This document shows positions 7,528 to 17,556 of a DNA stretch of 64,000 nucleotides, piece by piece; position 1 is the stretch's first letter; the number at the start of each line of letters is the position of its first letter. Below the pieces are notes generated by a model that searched no databases, was not told where the DNA came from, and was given only the letters and a program-made list of their open reading frames with translations. Source of the stretch: a virus. The stretch covers positions 1 to 64,000 of IMG/VR virus record IMGVR_UViG_3300038468_000223; one strand, given 5' to 3'. The translations under genes and the position numbers were made by a program.

Positions 7528-8520
7528 ATGAAGCCCGCCGATCTCGCCCTCGCCGCCCTCTCCGGACCCGAGGCTCCGCTCGCGCCGCTCGAGGCGACGC
7601 GCGCGGACCAGAACCCGGTCTTGGTCTACCTGGCCGGCCGCAAGAGCGAGCGCACGCGCCAGACCATGCGCCAGGGCCTCGAGCGGCTCGCGCGCGCCGG
7701 CGGTTGGGCGAAGTACCCCGTCGAGGCCATCCCCTGGCACCAGATGACGTTCGCGCACACCGACGCGCTGCGAGCGGCGCTCACCCGGCAGGTCTCGCAG
7801 TCGACCGTGGCGCTGTCGCTCGCGGCGCTGCGCGGCGTGTCCAAGACCGCCTGGAAGCTCGGCCTCGTGACCTACGAGCAGCACGCGCGCGCGACGGCGT
7901 GGGACCTCGGTGGGACCCCAGACCGCCTCCCTGCCGGACGCGAGATCTCGCCGCCGGAGATCGTCAAGCTCCAGGCCTACTGCACGGCACAGCCGACGCC
8001 GTACGGCGAATTTCTCAGCGGGATCTTCGCGGTGCTCTTCGGCGCCGGCATGCGCGCGCACGAGCCCGGAGGGCTCACGATCGACGCCTACGATCCGGAT
8101 GAGCACTCGGTGCGCTTCGTGCGCAAGGGGCGCAAGCAGGCCGAGATCCCGCTGGGCGGCGCCGAGGCGGCCGCGCTCGAGGCCTGGATCGCGGTCCGCC
8201 GCACGCTCGACGTGCCCGCGACGTGGCTCTTCCCGCGCGTGCAGCGCAACGGCATCGTGCGCGCCCAGCCGATCACGAACAAGGGGCTCTGGCACCTCTG
8301 CAAGGCGATCGGCGAGGCGGCGAGCATCCGCGAGTTCAGCCCGCACGACACGCGCCGAACGTACTGCACGCGCCTGCTCAGCTCGGGGCTCGACCTGGCG
8401 ACGGCGCAGCGCCTCATGAGCCACTCGAGCCCGGCGACCACGGTCCGCTACGACAAGCGGCAGGCGCGCGCCGACGCCGAAGCGCGGCAGCGCGTGACGA
8501 TCTGGGGAGGTGAAGGATGA
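7528..8520 (+). CDS. Tyrosine recombinase (Xer/Cre-like resolvase or integrase)
   Basis: Catalytic R (GMRAHE), K (RKG), HDTRR, MSH and Y (TTVRYD). Confidence 0.92.
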   Translation: MKPADLALAALSGPEAPLAPLEATRADQNPVLVYLAGRKSERTRQTMRQGLERLARAGGWAKYPVEAIPWHQMTFAHTDALRAALTRQVSQSTVALSLAALRGVSKTAWKLGLVTYEQHARATAWDLGGTPDRLPAGREISPPEIVKLQAYCTAQPTPYGEFLSGIFAVLFGAGMRAHEPGGLTIDAYDPDEHSVRFVRKGRKQAEIPLGGAEAAALEAWIAVRRTLDVPATWLFPRVQRNGIVRAQPITNKGLWHLCKAIGEAASIREFSPHDTRRTYCTRLLSSGLDLATAQRLMSHSSPATTVRYDKRQARADAEARQRVTIWGGEG

Positions 8521-9197
8521 ACTGTCCGATCTGGAAACGGACGGCGGATGGTGCGACCGTCAGTCGATGCTGCCTACGCCTGCCCGACGGCAAGACGTGC
8601 CCTCGACATGGCGACGTTTCCGCCGCCGTCGAGACGTTCAGCCAGACAGGTCAGTTGACCGAGGAGGGGACGCTCAACAAGAGCGTCGAGGCGGCGATCC
8701 ACCTCGTCATGGGCTACGGTGGTCCGTTCGAAAAGACTGCAATCGCCGGGCTTCGCAGCCTCATCGGCTCCAACAACTCCAGCTTCGTCGCCCGGCTCAA
8801 AGAACAACTTCGACCCCACGGCATCGAAATCATCACAGCCACACTGGGGCGCGTTGAAGGGCGACAGGCGTGGGTGCTCTCGATGAAGCTCCCGAACGGT
8901 CACGTCACGACGATCGACGCCGTACTCGAGCCGGCCAAGGACCCGTTTTCTTGCGACGCCGAGATCGCCGATCGCGTCGTGATGCACGTGCTCGGCCGCA
9001 GGCGTTCCGCGCCAACGCACGGTGTCCCGTCGGACGCGATCCACCTCGAGCTGTCGCCCGTCGAAGCCGCCACGCTCCGCGCGGCGCTCGACATGATGCA
9101 GCGCCACCCATTTTCACGGGATTTCAGAGTTCTGGTCGACGATCACGGCCCCAACATCCTGGCGCGGATCGCCGGGCGCCTCCGAAGCCGGTCATGA
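8517..9197 (+). CDS. Hypothetical protein
   Basis: Coupled to the recombinase stop (ATGA overlap). Confidence 0.6.
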   Translation: MNCPIWKRTADGATVSRCCLRLPDGKTCPRHGDVSAAVETFSQTGQLTEEGTLNKSVEAAIHLVMGYGGPFEKTAIAGLRSLIGSNNSSFVARLKEQLRPHGIEIITATLGRVEGRQAWVLSMKLPNGHVTTIDAVLEPAKDPFSCDAEIADRVVMHVLGRRRSAPTHGVPSDAIHLELSPVEAATLRAALDMMQRHPFSRDFRVLVDDHGPNILARIAGRLRSRS

Positions 9198-9792
9198 CCG
9201 CACTCGCGTTCTACGTCGCCGGCGTGGGCCTCTCGCTGGCGTTTCTCCTCGCACGCTACCGCGAGGCGCCGTGGGTCGGCGCGCTCCTGGCACTGGTCTG
9301 GCCGCTGACGCTGGCGTTAGGCTTGATCGTCGTGATGGGCAACGACCGGCGGAACGACGAGGGGCACTGATGGCGGGGACCGCGGGCCCCACGATTCCGT
9401 GGGGGCTGCATTTGGAATGGGGGGCGACGGTCCAGCCGTTCGGGACGACGGCGGGAACGGCGACGATCTACGTCTATCAGGCCTCGCGGCAACGGCTCGG
9501 CGACGAATTCGATCGGCTCCTCAGCGACTTCGACCGGGCCGTCGAGCGATCACTGCCGGCGCGCCGGCGCCGCGATCCGCTGACGCACCAGGCGGTTTCG
9601 GAGCCGACGTGCGGGCCGCCGATCGTGCCGCACTCCGTGGTCCCCGTCGCACTCTGCGACGCCCGGCTCGATCCGCGGCCCGCGGCGCCGCGGGAGCGGC
9701 CCGCAGACCGCTTCGCCAGGCTCGCTCGCCCCCACGGGCGCGAGCGTCGACCCGAGCGCGGGACGCGGCGCCTTCGCGCCGTCGCCCGCTAG

Positions 9793-9860
9793 CCTCGCGG
9801 CCCGCGGCCGGCGCTCGCCTCGCGGCCCGCGGCCGGCGCTCGCCTCGCGACCCGCCGGCG
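9793..9860. repeat. Short tandem repeat, about 25-bp unit (gcctcgcggcccgcggccggcgctc)
   Basis: Two full copies plus one partial copy. Confidence 0.7.
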
Positions 9861-10599
9861 CCCGGCACTACCAGTGGACCCCCGACGTTCGTCGGTCCAC
9901 ATTGGTGCGCGTTCGTGCGTTTCGCTCACGACCGTCGACAGTGGCTTTTTGAGGCCTTTCCTAGATAGTTCTGAGCGTGATCTGACATGCATCTAAGCCC
10001 CCTTTCGTGCGACGCCTACCGCGATTACCCGCGAACGCCTTCCGGTATGGGGCGCGTCGAAAGGGTCCGGGTCACCTGATCGGGCACATCCAAACCCTTC
10101 CAGTAGAATCCGCACCAAGCGGCCTCATCAATAGATTGCGCTACGGTAGAGCTTGGCGCCCGGCCGCGCGGGCGCGCCGGGGGGCGCCCGGACGCCCCCA
10201 CGGCGGCGCTAGGACGCCCCAGGATGCGCCCGGGGCGCCGAGTACAGGCGCCCGGGCGTCCGGGCGCCCCCTCGCCCGTCCTAGCCCGTCCAGCCGCTAA
10301 CTACGCGGAATCATTGAGCTTTTTTGGTGCGTACTTGGGTGCGCTAGGGCGCGTAAGGACCTACGCGGTCGTGATCTAATGATTTCGCGTACTTAGCGGA
10401 TCGCGCCCGCGTAGACCCTTGCGCACCCTAGCGTAACCCCGCGAAACTACACGCGCCCCACGTTGGCGCGCCGCCTGCAACGGCGGGGGTTGCGCTGGCA
10501 AATAGCCGGCGCTTCCAGGGCCCCGCGGTCGCACGCGGGCGCGCCACCCTGGCGACCGGCGGGAACCGCGCACAAGCGCGCGGACGGGCCCGCACTAGA

Positions 10600-11335
10600 C
10601 CGGCCCACCTGAGAGGGCGACGAGAGAAGTAGCGCTCGCACGCACAAGGAATCGGACGATCTCCGACGGAAATTAGACGCGCGAAACCGGCGCGTCGAAA
10701 GTACGGGATCCCAAGGGATAGACGTACACCGCGGAGTGAGCGGCACCGAAACTGAGGACAAGGATCGTGCTCCGCACGATCGAAGTCTAAGCGACTAGGT
10801 CAAGCACGTTGAACGCGTGCGGATCGATCGCGAGGCGAGTAGAGCGCGAAATCATCTCGGAATGTCGCTGAGCCTTCATAGGGCGATGAAGCTTGAACGC
10901 GCTGGGTAGGGTGCGAGGCCGGAGAGATCGATCGTCAACGTTTACGCCAGGATCGATCCAAAGCTAGGGGAGTTCTCCCTGAAAGCTTCACGAAGCGAGA
11001 TATGAAACGTTCGTGTCACCTTGGCAAGGGCTGCGACCGTTACAAGTCGTATAGAACGAACGCGGAGTATCTCAGCGCTGTTGAGCGGCAAGCCTACGAC
11101 CTAAACTCTAGGCTTGTTCGTGGCGAAGGAAGGGATTGTAAACTCTGCGAATCCGTGCGAGTAGTCGTTCATCTAGATCGTCCCTGGTAGGGTCCGATAG
11201 AGTTTGGACGGCGAAACCGCGGCGAGAAGCAACGCAAGACACTTGAGCCGAATCGTCCGTGTATGCGCGACGGTTCGGCTCGTGTCGAGCGATGCGAGAA
11301 GCGGCCGATGCTATCGACCGCTTCTCGCATCGTTC
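10600..11335 (+). ncRNA. Putative large structured ncRNA
   Basis: No credible ORF; more than 15 back-to-back stems; ends in a ~23-bp near-perfect hairpin (11287-11335); boundaries approximate. Confidence 0.5.
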
Positions 11336-11753
11336 AGTCGGTGTGAAAGGGGAACCTAGTCACGCATCGTTCTAGAGCGGCTCGTATGCCGCGAGAACGA
11401 TCGATAGGTAACAGTCGGATACGGGAAAGCAAATCATCCGGAAAATGCACGGGATGACGCCCGAAACGCGGTCGACGCCTCGGCACTGGAGACGTCCTTC
11501 GACGTCGCGGCGACGATCGCGGCGCTCGAAGCGTCGATCGACGCCATCCGCAGGGGCGACGGCTCGAAGGCGGCCGATCGCGCGGGCGAGGCGTTCGCGC
11601 GCCTCGCGTTCTTTCACCGCTAGCCCTCCGGGCGAGCCGTGAGGCTCGCCCGTCGAAAAGGGCCCTCGACTTGAGCATCCACACCTCGCGCGGCTCACGC
11701 GGGGATTCATTGTGGAAGGGTCGAGGGCCCTTTTCGACGAAAGGGGAACACAC

Positions 11754-12392
11754 ATGGATATCAAGTGCGTTCGCTGTGGCGAGCCGTGGGACGCCTACGG
11801 CGTCGCCCACGGCGACATGCTGCCGTGGGAGGCTGCGCTGTTCAAGCGAGGGGCGGGCTGCCCCTCGTGCGAGGGCAAGTCGAACGGTTGGGAGCCCCAG
11901 ACGATCGACGACGTCGAGAACGGCGACGGCGATCCCATGGAGCGTATCGCCGCACACGAGAATGGCGCCGCCATCGCGTGGAAGCGCCCGGCGGATCCCG
12001 TGCACTGGACGTGCGACGGGTGTGGCGTCGAGGTAGTCACGGACCTCGACACGAACGAGCTAGAGTACCGCGTGCCGTTCGGTGCGAAGTGCCGCCAGTG
12101 GTACGCGTCACACCGATTCGACCGCGGCGCTCCGGAGAAAGAGCCGGCGCACGTATTCGGCGAGTGGAAGGTGTGCGAGTTCTGCCTGGATCGGTGTGCC
12201 GATTGCGGGACCGAGATCTCGACTCACCTGGAGTTCGGCGATCCGTACGCCGACGGGTATGCTTTTCCGCAGCCCGGCTCCTACACCGACTCGGTGTGCA
12301 CCGACTGCTTCGAGCAGTATTGCTCGGAATGCGAATCGCGCGAGTGCTCGTGCGGCTCGTGCCTTGCGGCCGACGACGACGACGCAGACTGA
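11754..12392 (+). CDS. Cys-rich (multi Zn-finger) hypothetical protein
   Basis: Strong RBS; CVRCGEPWD and many CxxC pairs. Confidence 0.75.
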   Translation: MDIKCVRCGEPWDAYGVAHGDMLPWEAALFKRGAGCPSCEGKSNGWEPQTIDDVENGDGDPMERIAAHENGAAIAWKRPADPVHWTCDGCGVEVVTDLDTNELEYRVPFGAKCRQWYASHRFDRGAPEKEPAHVFGEWKVCEFCLDRCADCGTEISTHLEFGDPYADGYAFPQPGSYTDSVCTDCFEQYCSECESRECSCGSCLAADDDDAD

Positions 12393-12551
12393 TCACTTGG
12401 GCGAGGCGAGTCACGAGGCTCGCCCGTCGAAGGCGGGACACGAGAGATGACGTTCGTCGATCCGAGCTACGACGCGAGACGTTCTAGCTCCGCACGAAGC
12501 GAACCTCTCACATTCTCTCGTGTCTCGCCTTCGGCGAAAGGGGAATGAACC

Positions 12552-12677
12552 ATGCTCAAGTTCAAGCGCAAGCTGGCGTTCAAGCTGGTGTGCAAGTGCG
12601 GCACGTGTGGCCACAAGGTCGGCCGCAAGCGCGGTCAGTGCCGCGACCCGTTCGACTGCTTGGGGGCGTCGTCGTGA
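12552..12677 (+). CDS. Small basic Cys-containing peptide
   Basis: MLKFKRKLAFKLVCKCGTCGHK... follows an AAAGGGG RBS. Confidence 0.5.
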   Translation: MLKFKRKLAFKLVCKCGTCGHKVGRKRGQCRDPFDCLGASS

Positions 12678-12982
12678 GACGGAACAACCACGTCGAGCGC
12701 GACAACGAGACCTTCAGCGCGGAGGCGTACACCGTCCGCCGTCACGGCGGCGTCGCGTGGCGCGTGCTCGGTTGGGAAACCGAGCCCGACGAGGACACCG
12801 AATGGTCGGGCGTCGAGAATCGAACCGGCCGCGTCGTCGCGCACATGGTCGGCGATGACGCGCGCTTCACGTTCGATCCGGAGGACCTCACGCCGATCAA
12901 GCGCGAGGACTACTGCGGCGAGTGTGGCCAGATCGGGTGCACGCACGACGGCCTCGATCGCGACGACGACGACGAGACCTAG
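12674..12982 (+). CDS. Hypothetical phage protein
   Basis: GTG overlaps the upstream stop; MVGDD..EDYCGECGQIGC. Confidence 0.65.
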   Translation: MRRNNHVERDNETFSAEAYTVRRHGGVAWRVLGWETEPDEDTEWSGVENRTGRVVAHMVGDDARFTFDPEDLTPIKREDYCGECGQIGCTHDGLDRDDDDET

Positions 12983-13089
12983 ACCGACGGCGAGGGCCCC
13001 CAAGCCCTCGCCCGTCGAAAGAGTCTCGCGAGCTAGACCAAACGCCTCGGGGCGGGCTCGCGGGTCTCTTTCGACGAAAGGGGAACATC

Positions 13090-13362
13090 ATGTCGAAAGA
13101 AGAGAGGCACGAGGTCTCGCCGGAAAACGCCGCGAAGTTTCGCGATTGGATCGCGAGGCGCGGAGGCGTCGCCGTCTGGCATAGTATCAACCTGTCCAAC
13201 ATCGGCGCGTCGTGGAGCACCCCCGCCCTCCGAGAGGACGGGACCCCCACGCCCAAGCCGACGTGGGAGGCCGACGACAAGCCGGCGAATCCTGGCGCAG
13301 CCGAACGGCGGGATCTCCGACGTCGGGCGCGCGTCGTTCGACGAAGTCCTCGCGGCGACTGA
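13090..13362 (+). CDS. Hypothetical protein, probably truncated by deletion
   Basis: Strong RBS; 3' part runs into an out-of-frame fragment of another gene. Confidence 0.55.
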   Translation: MSKEERHEVSPENAAKFRDWIARRGGVAVWHSINLSNIGASWSTPALREDGTPTPKPTWEADDKPANPGAAERRDLRRRARVVRRSPRGD

Positions 13363-13606
13363 GGAGCTACACGCGGAGCCCGGCTCGGGGCGTCTGATCG
13401 CCGCGGTGCTCGACGCGTACGAGAACGCGCCGGGCGCGCGCGCGGGGACGGCCTACGGGCTGATCCAAGGCGTCACCTATTACGAGACGCACCTCCGCGG
13501 CCGCTCGGCGGCTGATCGCTACGTCAACCGCCTGACCGCCGTCAAGGACGACGCGCTCTTGATCGAGACGGTGCTCGACGAGCTGAAGATCAGCCGCGCC
13601 GCGTGA
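13285..13606 (+). pseudogene. C-terminal fragment of a DUF932/DUF945-like protein
   Basis: GTAYGLIQGVTYYETH resembles the DUF932 GTAWG..NAVT.Y..H motif; no proper start. Confidence 0.5.
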
Positions 13607-13725
13607 CGTTCCGCCGGGCGAGCCGCGAGGGCTCGCCCGTCGAAACAGGCTTCCGAGCGTGACGCGAGTCACGTTCCACCCTCTAGCGCCGCTCGGGGGC
13701 CTATTTCGACGAAAGGGGAACGAGC

Positions 13726-13962
13726 ATGATGGCTCTTTTGCGAGAATTGCGAGAACTCTACTCGGTGGTGTACAGCAACACCGAGTCGTTCGAGGTCGAC
13801 GACATCGGAGCCGACCTAGCGTATCTGATGGGCGCCATCGTCTCCGACGACGTCTGCACCTGGCCGGCCGATCGGCCGTTGGTCTTGATTCTCAAGGCGC
13901 ATTTCCAGCCGAGCCACGAGGTGTGGCGGTACGTGCGCCTCGAAGGAGGAGAACCAAAATGA
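13726..13962 (+). CDS. Hypothetical protein
   Basis: Follows a repeat element and RBS. Confidence 0.65.
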   Translation: MMALLRELRELYSVVYSNTESFEVDDIGADLAYLMGAIVSDDVCTWPADRPLVLILKAHFQPSHEVWRYVRLEGGEPK

Positions 13963-14339
13963 AGGTCACGATCGAAAGCACGGTCGATCCGACTTGGATC
14001 GACTACCTCCTCAAGAGGCCCGATATCTTCGGGGCCCCCTACCACGCCGGCTACTGGCTCGGCGCGATCCTCTACCACCCCGACAGGGGGTGGCTGGTGT
14101 GAGAGCACGAGGACCGGCGCGTCGACCGCACCGATCGGCGCCACCGAGCCGCGATCAAGGCCTGGGAGGCGGGCGAGCCCCTTCCGAAGGGCTACTACCG
14201 CCTCGACGAAGCTGCGGCCGCCCGCGCGTGGGTGGAGGGCGTCAAGCGGTGGGGGGAGTCGTGGTACGTCGACGGCGACGGGCCGCGCTACGACGTCGCC
14301 GTCCAGCTCGCCCTGCTCGGCGAGGAGCGCTACGGGTGA
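13959..14339 (+). pseudogene. Hypothetical gene with in-frame TGA at 14100-14102
   Basis: Coding-like sequence continues in frame (GWLV*EHEDRR...LLGEERYG). Confidence 0.6.
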
Positions 14340-14536
14340 ACCGCCGGGCGAGCCGAGAGGGCTCGCCCGTCGAAGGCGGGACACGAGAGCTGAACGTCGA
14401 GGCTTCACTGTTGGTGCTCCGAGCCAGCGGGCTCGGGGGCCCTAGCGACCCTCGGGGCGGCGGCCGTCCGGCCCTCGTTCCCTCCTCCCCGCCGCCGCGG
14501 GGGTCGCTAGGGCTCTTCAAACCAAAGGGGACGACA

Positions 14537-15133
14537 ATGAAACGAGAGCGAATCAAGAACCTGTCGTGTGCCTCGATCGACGTGAAGCCGATCGACTACG
14601 ACTGGTCCGACGAGAACCACCCGTACGGCGAGGCGTGGGACTTCTGGGAGGCCGGGGACTGCACGAAGTGCGGCAAGTACGCCGTGGTCTCCTCGTCCGA
14701 CGAGACGCACTCCGACGTCGATGACGAGTCGGAGTGCGACGGGACCATCCAGGCGAACGTCGACGGCCCCATGAATAGCTACTACTACCCGCTCCCCGGC
14801 CTCGTCCGCGACGACGCGCTCAAGATCGCGCACCTCCCGCTCTGCATCGTCGAGGTCGACGGCGAGACGGGTCTCGCCCTCACCGGCGGCGGGATGGACC
14901 TCTCGTGGGAGATCTGCGAGGCGTTCATGCTCCTCGGCGAACTCCCGCCGCTGCACTTCGCGGACCTGCCCGGGATGGCGGGGCGCGGGACGTCCGAGCG
15001 CGATCGATGGATCATCGCCGGGTGCCTCCAGTCGTGCGCCGTCGCGGTGGGGTGGGCGCGGTCGCGGGCGAAGCGACTGCGCGAGACGGCCAAGCACGCG
15101 CGCGAGGCTCTCCAGAAGAAAGGGAAGGCTTGA
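14537..15133 (+). CDS. Hypothetical phage protein
   Basis: RBS AAAGGGG; LALTGGGMDLSWEICEAF. Confidence 0.7.
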   Translation: MKRERIKNLSCASIDVKPIDYDWSDENHPYGEAWDFWEAGDCTKCGKYAVVSSSDETHSDVDDESECDGTIQANVDGPMNSYYYPLPGLVRDDALKIAHLPLCIVEVDGETGLALTGGGMDLSWEICEAFMLLGELPPLHFADLPGMAGRGTSERDRWIIAGCLQSCAVAVGWARSRAKRLRETAKHAREALQKKGKA

Positions 15134-15134
15134 G

Positions 15135-15572
15135 ATGAGAACCATCCTCGTCAGCATCACCAAGACCGTCGCCGTCGAAGTGCCCGACGAGTCGTGGGTC
15201 ACCGCCAGCTTGATCGCGCGCATCGCGCGGTGGAAGCTCGACGACACGACGGACGGCCGTCGGCCGTTCTCGACGGAGTTGATCGAGGATGGGGTGTCGC
15301 GTGGCGTGGACTACGCCGTCGACGAGACGGTGTTCCACCTGATAGCGAACCTGCCGAGGTACCGTCGAGGTCGAGGTGAGAACCTCGACGAGCGCAACGC
15401 CCTGGTCGAGAAGGAATGCGCTGCGATCAAGCGGCGGCCGATCTACGGCCTGGAGATCCGCGCCTTCGACGGCGTCGGCGACGAAGGGATCTGCCGCGCG
15501 TGCGGCATGCTGTCGCGCACCGAGCCGGCGGACGACGGTCTGGTACGCTGCAATCAGTGCGGGATGCACTGA
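15135..15572 (+). CDS. Hypothetical protein
   Basis: Operon context; C-terminal CxxC pairs. Confidence 0.6.
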   Translation: MRTILVSITKTVAVEVPDESWVTASLIARIARWKLDDTTDGRRPFSTELIEDGVSRGVDYAVDETVFHLIANLPRYRRGRGENLDERNALVEKECAAIKRRPIYGLEIRAFDGVGDEGICRACGMLSRTEPADDGLVRCNQCGMH

Positions 15573-15849
15573 GGGGGACCTCATGGGCAAGGAGACCAAG
15601 GAAATGGAAACGGTCAAGGATCGGTTCAACGTCATCCAAATTACGAACGGCGGGCTCGTCGACCACGGGTCGCGCCCCGGACGCGAGCAGCCGGACTGGT
15701 CGATCCACACGTAGCCCTCGTCAGGCGAGCCGCGAGGCTCGCCCGTCGAAGAGGCCCCGTGAACGCTTGCGAGCCGCGCGGTCGTTCCCCCCGCGCGCGG
15801 CCCGCTTGCCCGAGCGCTCACGAGGCCTCTTCGACGAAGGAGGTAGGGC

Positions 15850-16335
15850 ATGGACAACGAGAAGGACATTCAAGCCGCCAAAACCCGGCTGGAGGACGCC
15901 GTGAGCGCCGTCGCCACGGCGGCGCAGTGTCTCCAACAGATCGAGGGGGTGCGCATCAAAGAGGGCGCGCTCGTCGACCTGGAGGACTGGAAGGAGCTTC
16001 AGGAGGCGCTGGCCGAGTGGCGCGCCGCTACGCAGCACTTCCTCGCGACCGCGTTGGAGGCCGGCCGCGGGCCCGAGATCGGAGACATCATCGCCGTACG
16101 TCGTCGAGCTGGTCTCGTCGCCGCCCATGGTGGGCAGAAGTTCTACGTCTCCTGCGGCGGCGACCCGAGTGTGGGCATCCCCGGTCAACAGGCCGAGGTG
16201 CTCCTCTGGGTCGACCCTCACGACTCGGAGGCGATTCCCTTCGTGAAGGAGCAGCTCGCCTCGGCGTTCACGGCGATCTGGGACGAACGCGTGATGGTGC
16301 TGACCGAAGAGGAATTCAAGGCCGACATCGCGTAG
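15850..16335 (+). CDS. Hypothetical protein
   Basis: RBS AAGGAGG after repeat element 6. Confidence 0.7.
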   Translation: MDNEKDIQAAKTRLEDAVSAVATAAQCLQQIEGVRIKEGALVDLEDWKELQEALAEWRAATQHFLATALEAGRGPEIGDIIAVRRRAGLVAAHGGQKFYVSCGGDPSVGIPGQQAEVLLWVDPHDSEAIPFVKEQLASAFTAIWDERVMVLTEEEFKADIA

Positions 16336-16346
16336 CGACGTCGCGG

Positions 16347-16380
16347 GCCGCCCCCGTCCCACGAAAGGGACGGGGGCGGC
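16347..16380 (+). terminator. GC-rich hairpin (terminator or processing stem)
   Basis: GCCGCCCCCGTCCC / GGGACGGGGGCGGC; no U-tract; a similar hairpin lies at about 17495-17524. Confidence 0.4.
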
Positions 16381-16438
16381 ACGGGATGCCGGTGCATCTC
16401 GGAGGAGCGACACGGAGTCGCACCTCGAAAGGATCACG

Positions 16439-17482
16439 ATGGAACAACTGAAGATCGTCTGCGACGTCCCCAAGGACGTCGCGGCGCGAGCCGGTAGCTC
16501 GCGATACGGGACGGTGACCTTCGCCGTCGAGGACGCACACCTGGCCGAGCTGTCGGCCGACGAGCGCGCCGCCTTGTGCAGGTTCACCAGCTACTCGCCG
16601 CTGGCGATCCCCCAGTGCAAGGGGTCCCCCCTCGACTGGGAGACGGTGCGCGACGCGCTGCGGGCGACCCTCGCGACGGACGAGGAGCGCCGCTCGCGCG
16701 AGAAGCGCGAGAACGAGGAGCGCCGCGAGCGCGCGGTGACCAAGGCGCTCGCCAAGCCCCTCGGGGACTGGATCGGGCGCGGAAGTCGGGACTTCGTCCT
16801 CCACAACGGACAGTACGCCGAGACCGGCGTCCGGGAGTGGGAGCCCGAACTCAAAGACTTCCCCGGTTGGGAAGGCGACGACGCCGTCAAAAGCGACCCG
16901 CGCATCAAGGCGCGGCGCGCCGAGCTGGAGCCCGCGTTCCGCGAGCTTCACTCCGCGTGGGAGAAGCGGTACGCCGCGTGGGAGGCGGCGGTCGCGGAGG
17001 CCCGCGCCGAGGTCCAGGCCAGGACCGAGCGCTACGCGCGGCTCTGCCGCGAGTACGTCATCGGGCACGTTGACGAGTACAAGCGCGCGGCGTGCCTCGG
17101 CAAGAAGGTCAACGCCGTGGCCGAGCGGCACGCGACCAAGGCGCTCAACGAGCGCCTGCTGGTCGTGCAGCAGAGGCGCCTGCCGGACGTCGACCGGCTG
17201 CCGCTCCACGGCTCGGAGGAGGAGCAGCCCGCGCCACACCAGACGGCGTACGAGGTCTACGACGAGGTGTCGCAGGCGCTCAGGCACTTCGAGTGCCCCC
17301 TCATCGCAGGCTGGTCGGCGAGCATCATCCGGCGTCGCAACAGGTCCCGCACGCGGACGTGCGTGCAGGTCGAGATCCGGTGGGTCGACGACGAGGTGTC
17401 ACACTTGTGGGTCTACGCCGACGCGGCGCCGCCGCCCGATCGGTTCTTCGACGAACCGGCCGACGTCGACGACGACGAGTAG
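16439..17482 (+). CDS. Hypothetical coiled-coil protein
   Basis: 347-aa ORF with typical codon usage. Confidence 0.7.
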   Translation: MEQLKIVCDVPKDVAARAGSSRYGTVTFAVEDAHLAELSADERAALCRFTSYSPLAIPQCKGSPLDWETVRDALRATLATDEERRSREKRENEERRERAVTKALAKPLGDWIGRGSRDFVLHNGQYAETGVREWEPELKDFPGWEGDDAVKSDPRIKARRAELEPAFRELHSAWEKRYAAWEAAVAEARAEVQARTERYARLCREYVIGHVDEYKRAACLGKKVNAVAERHATKALNERLLVVQQRRLPDVDRLPLHGSEEEQPAPHQTAYEVYDEVSQALRHFECPLIAGWSASIIRRRNRSRTRTCVQVEIRWVDDEVSHLWVYADAAPPPDRFFDEPADVDDDE

Positions 17483-17556
17483 CGACCTCGCGGTCCGCCC
17501 CCTCCCGGAGCAGGGAGGGGGCGGGACGAGTGGCCGGTACAAAGGAGGATGACAAG

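Larger units (their letters stand above)
11630..15836 (+). repeat. Six copies of a structured intergenic element: GGCGAGCC-loop-GGCTCGCC hairpin, then CGTCGAA...TTCGACG long stem, then RBS
   Basis: Copies at about 11630-11739, 12405-12536, 12989-13076, 13616-13711, 14346-14520 (atypical) and 15724-15836; each is followed by AAAGGGG or AAGGAGG and a start codon. Confidence 0.9.

Noticed and set aside
11245-11281. Group II intron domain V-like GAGCCG...ACGGTTC
   Set aside because: It is better explained as a simple long hairpin with GGCTC; the length and bulge do not fit, and there is no RT or intron 5' end.
11630-15836. Canonical integron
   Set aside because: No RYYYAAC/GTTRRRY boxes are present and the recombinase lacks an evident IntI insertion; kept only as an analogy.
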